Notes under the pieces: generated by a model
Database searches by the model: none
Told to the model about the DNA's origin: nothing
Seen by the model: only the letters and a program-made list of their open reading frames with translations
Made by a program: the position numbers and the translations under genes
Shown here: one piece after another, positions 63,101 to 64,000 of the stretch
Layout of the letters: every line of letters begins with the position of its first letter
How positions within the stretch are numbered: the stretch's first letter is position 1
NCBI GenBank assembly: GCA_051546255.1
Contig: CP128815.1
Span: forward strand, 1,240,001-1,304,000
DNA length: 64,000 bases
Reading direction: 5' to 3'
Source: Meyerozyma guilliermondii
Lineage: Eukaryota

Positions 63101-63448
63101 TTAATTTCTTACCGTGGATAACCACTTTTGGTAATTTGCAAGTAAGAGATGTTCATTCGGTGAACTTTGCCCTATGGGTTCATATGACTTGGGAACAAAA
63201 CTGAGGTTTTCCAGTATCAGCAAGGGTTCGGGTTCATTGGTATAGGAATAGGCCGCGTTGCATGGGCTAGAAGGTCCGTGAGGATGCAGACAAAATAAGC
63301 ATTCGTAAAGAAATGGTTCTTCTTGATAAGTTTCCATAGGCAGCTGTGGCATGGAATTCACTTCATCTTGCATTCGACATTCTTCACAACAGTAAAGCGA
63401 GTTTTCCACCACTGGGCGTCCATGAGCTTCACAATAATCTTGAAACAT
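63101..63448 (-). CDS. ECL1: Ecl1-family (extender of chronological lifespan) zinc-binding protein
   Basis: 'MFQDYC..H.R.....SLYCCEECRMQD' matches the Ecl1 signature F..YC..C.R...LYCS..C..D; C-terminal 'NYQKWL'. Confidence 0.72.
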   Translation of the reverse strand: MFQDYCEAHGRPVVENSLYCCEECRMQDEVNSMPQLPMETYQEEPFLYECLFCLHPHGPSSPCNAAYSYTNEPEPLLILENLSFVPKSYEPIGQSSPNEHLLLANYQKWLSTVRN

Positions 63449-63658
63449 AGTGATCGGTTTGTTCGGAGATGTAAATTGAAATTTGCAGCAATAACCACCT
63501 CAAAGATTTATGATGGTATTCGCGATGTAAACAAGTATTTGCGACTATCTGGTGTTCAAATACTGATATAAACAACTGAAACGTTAAAGTTGTTTCTATG
63601 AGATAATTCTTCGATGTGAAAAACACGGCTGCAAGATCTGCTTATATACTTTTCCACC

Positions 63659-63939
63659 TGACTCATCGTGCGCACCTGTGTGCACGTGTAACCACCACAG
63701 TAACAGTGTGGAGTGTGGTGGCTCGATGCCCTGCAGAGACTTTTATTTTGGTTTTTCAGGGCAATTGTGGATCCTCACTCCACAGAACCCTCCACAAACA
63801 TCGGAAAAACCTATTATTCGGCAAATTGTGGTGGAATTCAGGGTCTTGGAACTGTGGGGTTGTATTGCCGATACGGCAGTTCCGACACGGGGTTACACGT
63901 GATCCATGAGTCGTGACTCACGGCTGGCGCGCTGAGTCA
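63659..63939. promoter_or_regulatory. Gcn4/AP-1, Cbf1 and Met31-like site cluster upstream of ECL1
   Basis: TGACTCA 63659-63665 and 63914-63920, TGAGTCA 63933-63939, CACGTGAT 63896-63903, AACTGTGG 63850-63857. Confidence 0.55.
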
Positions 63940-64000
63940 ATGTTTGTCAGCGCTGACACAGTAGGTGGTGAGTATTCACGCCGCGTGGAAATTGTTGGCC

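Overview
Gene-dense (about 36 protein genes, few introns, short spacers) nuclear chromosome segment of a budding yeast of the CUG-Ser (CTG) clade. CTG falls at conserved Ser positions in Pob3, Utp21 and Ssy1, so the supplied ORF track mistranslates CTG as Leu. A Meyerozyma/Debaryomycetaceae-like origin is my inference. Most genes are recognisable housekeeping orthologues: NUM1, SNG1, PMT6, HAP5, TFS1, DIB1, URA4, a GIT permease, SSY1, DCK1, ACP, SDS22, GCD7, MED1, COQ5, CDC19, MDJ2, PEX6, RPL31, BLS1, GAG1, RXT3, VAM6, UTP21, DUS3, YET3, an ECM3-like carrier, POB3, HOM2, RKM5, SAC3 and ECL1. Main observations beyond the ORF track: (1) a cryptic two-exon gene (9692-10324, 42-nt intron) encoding a complete but highly divergent eIF4E-fold protein lacking the cap-stacking and eIF4G-binding tryptophans; (2) a 601-aa acidic protein with a split alpha-crystallin (small HSP) domain, a basic NLS-like N-terminus and repeated SUMO-interacting-like motifs; (3) a compact snR63 C/D snoRNA with its own Reb1/RRPE promoter; (4) a TRAPPC12-like gene; (5) readable promoter logic (tandem Gal4 sites at CDC19, Cbf1/Tbf1 at RPL31, Pho4 at the GIT permease, Gcn4/Cbf1/Met31-like at ECL1). 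No tRNA, rRNA, transposon or CRISPR was seen. All homology calls are by eye from remembered sequences; no searches were run.
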